Below are positions 60,892 through 64,000 of a DNA stretch of 64,000 nucleotides, piece by piece. The DNA is from Leptospiraceae bacterium. Its GTDB lineage: Bacteria > Spirochaetota > Leptospiria > Leptospirales > Leptonemataceae. A program made the position numbers and the translations under genes. The first letter of the stretch is position 1. Every line of letters starts with the position of its first letter. The notes beneath the pieces were generated by a model. The model was given only the letters and a program-made list of their open reading frames with translations. It was not told the DNA's origin and searched no databases. The stretch covers positions 160,001-224,000 of the forward strand of contig JAVJNR010000004.1 of assembly GCA_040217195.1 (NCBI GenBank), given 5' to 3'.

Positions 60892-62211
60892 TCAGGCTCG
60901 TTCAATCATCAAGGCTCCAGCAATGCCGCCATGTGCGCAGGCAGTACACAGAACTCGATTTACTGAATCGTCGTTTTTCATGTCCATTACAGCATTTGCA
61001 ATGAGTCGAATGCCGGTAGCCCCAAAAGGGTGTCCGATGGCAATGGAGCCGCCATAGCGATTCACTTTCTTTTCATCGAATTTCTTTTCCCAGTCATAAC
61101 CTGTGCGATTCTTGATTTCTTCAAGTGCGCCCACAGCTGTAGCTGAAAAAGCTTCGTGAATCTCAACGATATCGATATCGTCCATTTTCAGGCCCATTTC
61201 ATCGAGCAAAGCGAGAGAAGCCTCAGCCTGTCCCAGACCCATTACGTTTGGATGCACTCCACGCATGTTCCAGCCAGTCAGATACGCGGCTACTTCAAGG
61301 CCCAGCTCTTTGGCTTTCTCTTCAGTAGTAACGATTACTCCAGCAGCTCCATCAGATCGGGGAGACGCATTGAAGATGGTTACCGTAGGCCCGATTGTGC
61401 TTTTCAGATCGCCTTTGTACTTCTCTTTGAATTGATCAAATTTCATTCCAGGATTATCGAAAAGCAGCATGGCTCGTTCCATTCTGGTAGGATTTTCCAC
61501 CAGACCTTTACGCAGCATTACAGCTTCGTCTACCTTCAGGGGCTCACCGTTTTCATCGTCTACGGCGATAATATAGGGCTCATACAATCCGGCTTCAGCG
61601 GCTTCCAGGGATCGTTTGAAGCTTTCATAAGCAACCTTGTCCTGAGTTTCTCTCTTCAGTGAATAGTTCTGAGCAACAATCTCTGCAGTCACTTGCATAC
61701 CATAGCTGGTTTCGCCATCACCCAGTCCATCTTCCAGGGTATCTCGAACTTCTACGCCTTCTGGCAGATCGTCCGGCAGAGCTTTTTTCAGTTTGTCCAC
61801 AGTTCCAGTTTTCTTATGCAGACGCGCGTTTCGCACAACAAATGGCATAGACGTCTGGGATTCCTCTCCAATGGCCAGAATTACCTCTCCCTCACCCAGA
61901 AGGATTCGGCGACCGGCTTCAACTACAGCTTCCATGGCAGAAACGCAGTTTTGATTCACAGTAATGGCAGGAATTTCATCCCGAAGTTCCAGAAGATTGG
62001 AGATGACTCGGGCCGAGTTGGGAGCAAAAGGGAATCCCTCTCCCACAACTACAGCATCGATCTTTTTCTTATCGATGCCGCTCTTTTCCAGGATATCCTT
62101 AGCTACGATCTGGCCAAGATGATGGGCAGAAAAACGACCCAGAGCTTTACCGATTTGAGCAAAAGGAGTCCTACGAGGATAACAGATTGCAAGACGCTGG
62201 TTTAATTTCAT
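60892..62211 (-). CDS. Acetyl-CoA C-acyltransferase (thiolase)
   Basis: RTPF, catalytic Cys in NQNCVSAMEA, NASPRSDGAA, HEAF, GGSIAIGHPFGATG and CAHGG. Confidence 0.93.
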   Translation of the reverse strand: MKLNQRLAICYPRRTPFAQIGKALGRFSAHHLGQIVAKDILEKSGIDKKKIDAVVVGEGFPFAPNSARVISNLLELRDEIPAITVNQNCVSAMEAVVEAGRRILLGEGEVILAIGEESQTSMPFVVRNARLHKKTGTVDKLKKALPDDLPEGVEVRDTLEDGLGDGETSYGMQVTAEIVAQNYSLKRETQDKVAYESFKRSLEAAEAGLYEPYIIAVDDENGEPLKVDEAVMLRKGLVENPTRMERAMLLFDNPGMKFDQFKEKYKGDLKSTIGPTVTIFNASPRSDGAAGVIVTTEEKAKELGLEVAAYLTGWNMRGVHPNVMGLGQAEASLALLDEMGLKMDDIDIVEIHEAFSATAVGALEEIKNRTGYDWEKKFDEKKVNRYGGSIAIGHPFGATGIRLIANAVMDMKNDDSVNRVLCTACAHGGIAGALMIERA

Positions 62212-62541
62212 AGTGATAAGACAAAAATCGCAGTCCGCATCGCGGGTCAATGAAATCTGTTCCAAATTGGCCCGGGTAAAATAGAAGACGGCGAGACATA
62301 AGCTCCGGCGATCGTTGTAACCGGTAAAGGTCCCGAAACGAAATTTGAAACCGAGAGAAATAAAATGTTAGGACTAATAGGCAAGATTCCAGTGCGTGGA
62401 ACAAATGCTAGAGTCAATTCGATGCGGTCTAAAGAAATACCAGAAATTCCCTGGTAAGGTTCCATACCCGGAAAAATAGCGGCCTGATATTCCGGAACAA
62501 CAGGCCTGCAAAAAATGAAGAGTCGAAGACGGAGCGCTGTC

Positions 62542-63462
62542 TTATTGAAACGTCGATCCTACTCCGTTCTGGATTAGCTTCTTGAGATTCTGACTGTCAT
62601 GGGCCACAACTAACTGAATCTCTGGATATTGGTTTTGCATTTCTAGCAGCGCTTTGAGTTGATGGGCCACCTGATTTCGATCCTCGTTCAAAAAGAGCCA
62701 GGATACCAGAGCTGGCCGGCCGGTTTGCTCCGTGATATTTTTCTGTCCCCAGGCAATGTCTCCAATGAAAAGAAATTCCTGGCCGGATTGCATTCGAACG
62801 TAAATGAGCTGACTACCCAGGCTATGTCCAGGAGCCTTCTGAAGCACAACCCCTGGTGCAATTCTGTGCAGCCCATCGTATTTTAGAGGATTAAGCTTTT
62901 CCAGATTTCCCTCGGGAAATCGCGCCGCCTCAATGGTGGGTCCGTTAATCTGTTCCTCACTTAGAAATACCTGATCCTTTATCTCTTCGAAAAATGGTGA
63001 CTGAGCAATTCCACCAACATGGTCCACATGCTCATGGGTTGCCACAATCCATTTTGCGCGCTTCATGGCTGTTTGCATAATGTCAAATCGCTGGGAATAG
63101 AATGGTTCACCTTCATAGAATTCATTATGCAACGATTCATCCTGGGCTGTATCCAGGATTAACTCACTTCCATCAGCGTAGATTAGTTGATAGGATACAA
63201 AAACTAGAGTAGTCTTTGAGAACAGGCTGGCACCGGCAACAATGGCTGCAGATGGAAAACTTCCTTCTCCGATCACAATACTATTCAATGCCACAGGACC
63301 AGAAGCCCCCTGGTTTGGCTCAGTTGTTAACTCTCGCATCCCTTCAATATCAATTTTAAATTCACTTCGATCTACAGAAGGGCTCTGCATGAAAAGAACA
63401 TAATATCCTGCAATGATTAGAGCCAGAAGAGAGGGAATAAGCCATTTCCATAGTTTTGTCAT
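62542..63462 (-). CDS. Metallo-beta-lactamase-fold hydrolase with an N-terminal anchor
   Basis: THEHVDHVGG, APGHS, FIGD and AHD. Confidence 0.88.
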   Translation of the reverse strand: MTKLWKWLIPSLLALIIAGYYVLFMQSPSVDRSEFKIDIEGMRELTTEPNQGASGPVALNSIVIGEGSFPSAAIVAGASLFSKTTLVFVSYQLIYADGSELILDTAQDESLHNEFYEGEPFYSQRFDIMQTAMKRAKWIVATHEHVDHVGGIAQSPFFEEIKDQVFLSEEQINGPTIEAARFPEGNLEKLNPLKYDGLHRIAPGVVLQKAPGHSLGSQLIYVRMQSGQEFLFIGDIAWGQKNITEQTGRPALVSWLFLNEDRNQVAHQLKALLEMQNQYPEIQLVVAHDSQNLKKLIQNGVGSTFQ

Positions 63463-63567
63463 AATTATAGAAGCTCATTGTACTTTCCTCTGTCAACCTG
63501 GATTGGACTTTCAGTTGACTTGATCTCAGGACAGGTATTATGGAGGCCCGTTTCCCGGTAGGTCCCC

Positions 63568-64000
63568 ATGAAACTCAAGACAAAAGTAACACTTCTAACA
63601 ACTACTACATTCCTGCTAGGAACCATCGGACTTAGCAGTGCATTCTATGTTCAATATGCGGCCGTGATAGAGAGTCGCATCAAGCGCCAGCTAACCCAGG
63701 CAGCTACAGTAGTTAAATCTACCATCAACCAATCGGGCATGATGGATCTTTACGAGGAGGATGCCAGGCAGACTGAATATTACAGTGACCAACCTAAAAA
63801 GACTTTCAGAAATCAGGGATGCATTTGGAATGAAGTATGCCTATGTAATGGATGTTCGGGGCCCGGACGATTTTATATTTCTATTTGATACAGCCAACTA
63901 TGAGCCCGATGAACACTATGATCCGGAAGCAACCAACCCTATTTCGTGCGAAGAAAAAGTTGAACCTGCCAGAACAGTGTCTTTCGCACTTTTATCTTTT
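63568..64000 (+). pseudogene. N-terminus of a membrane sensor/chemoreceptor-like protein with an apparent 1-nt frameshift near 63790; runs off the window
   Basis: MKLKTKVTLL plus a TM helix. After YYSD the +1 frame reads NLKRLSEIRDAFGMKYAYVMDVRGPDDFIFLFDT... and is open to the window end, while the original frame stops at 63888. Confidence 0.55.

Noticed and set aside
1..64000. Mobile elements, prophage, defence systems, tRNA or rRNA
   Set aside because: No transposase, integrase, phage, cas, restriction-modification or toxin-antitoxin motifs, and no tRNA or rRNA signatures, were recognised by eye.

Overview
Ordinary chromosomal DNA of roughly 50% GC, most likely from a free-living spirochaete of the Leptospiraceae. 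That assignment is an inference from a plastid-type FNR, spirochaetal-type lipoprotein signals and lipid-centred metabolism. The window holds about 45 CDS, an RNase P RNA and a cobalamin riboswitch; I found no rRNA, tRNA, IS, prophage or CRISPR array. The most striking locus (6.9-16.2 kb) is a lipoprotein neutral ceramidase and a TetR regulator, divergent from an operon of FGGY kinase, active class II aldolase, class III aminotransferase, catalytically dead aldolase paralogue and MFS transporter. Together these fit an apparently undescribed ceramide/phytosphingosine catabolic route: deamination, 1-phosphorylation, then aldol cleavage to DHAP plus a long-chain aldehyde. Other notable elements are an ammonium transporter fused to an adenylate cyclase behind a sigma-54 promoter, a four-gene copper cluster, a B12 riboswitch controlling only a 37-aa sORF and a CWC protein, structured 48-bp repeats beside rnpB, a TLEDWTD-filter voltage-gated channel and a dispersed glycogen/trehalose gene set. 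All function calls come from recognising motifs by eye; no database search was run.
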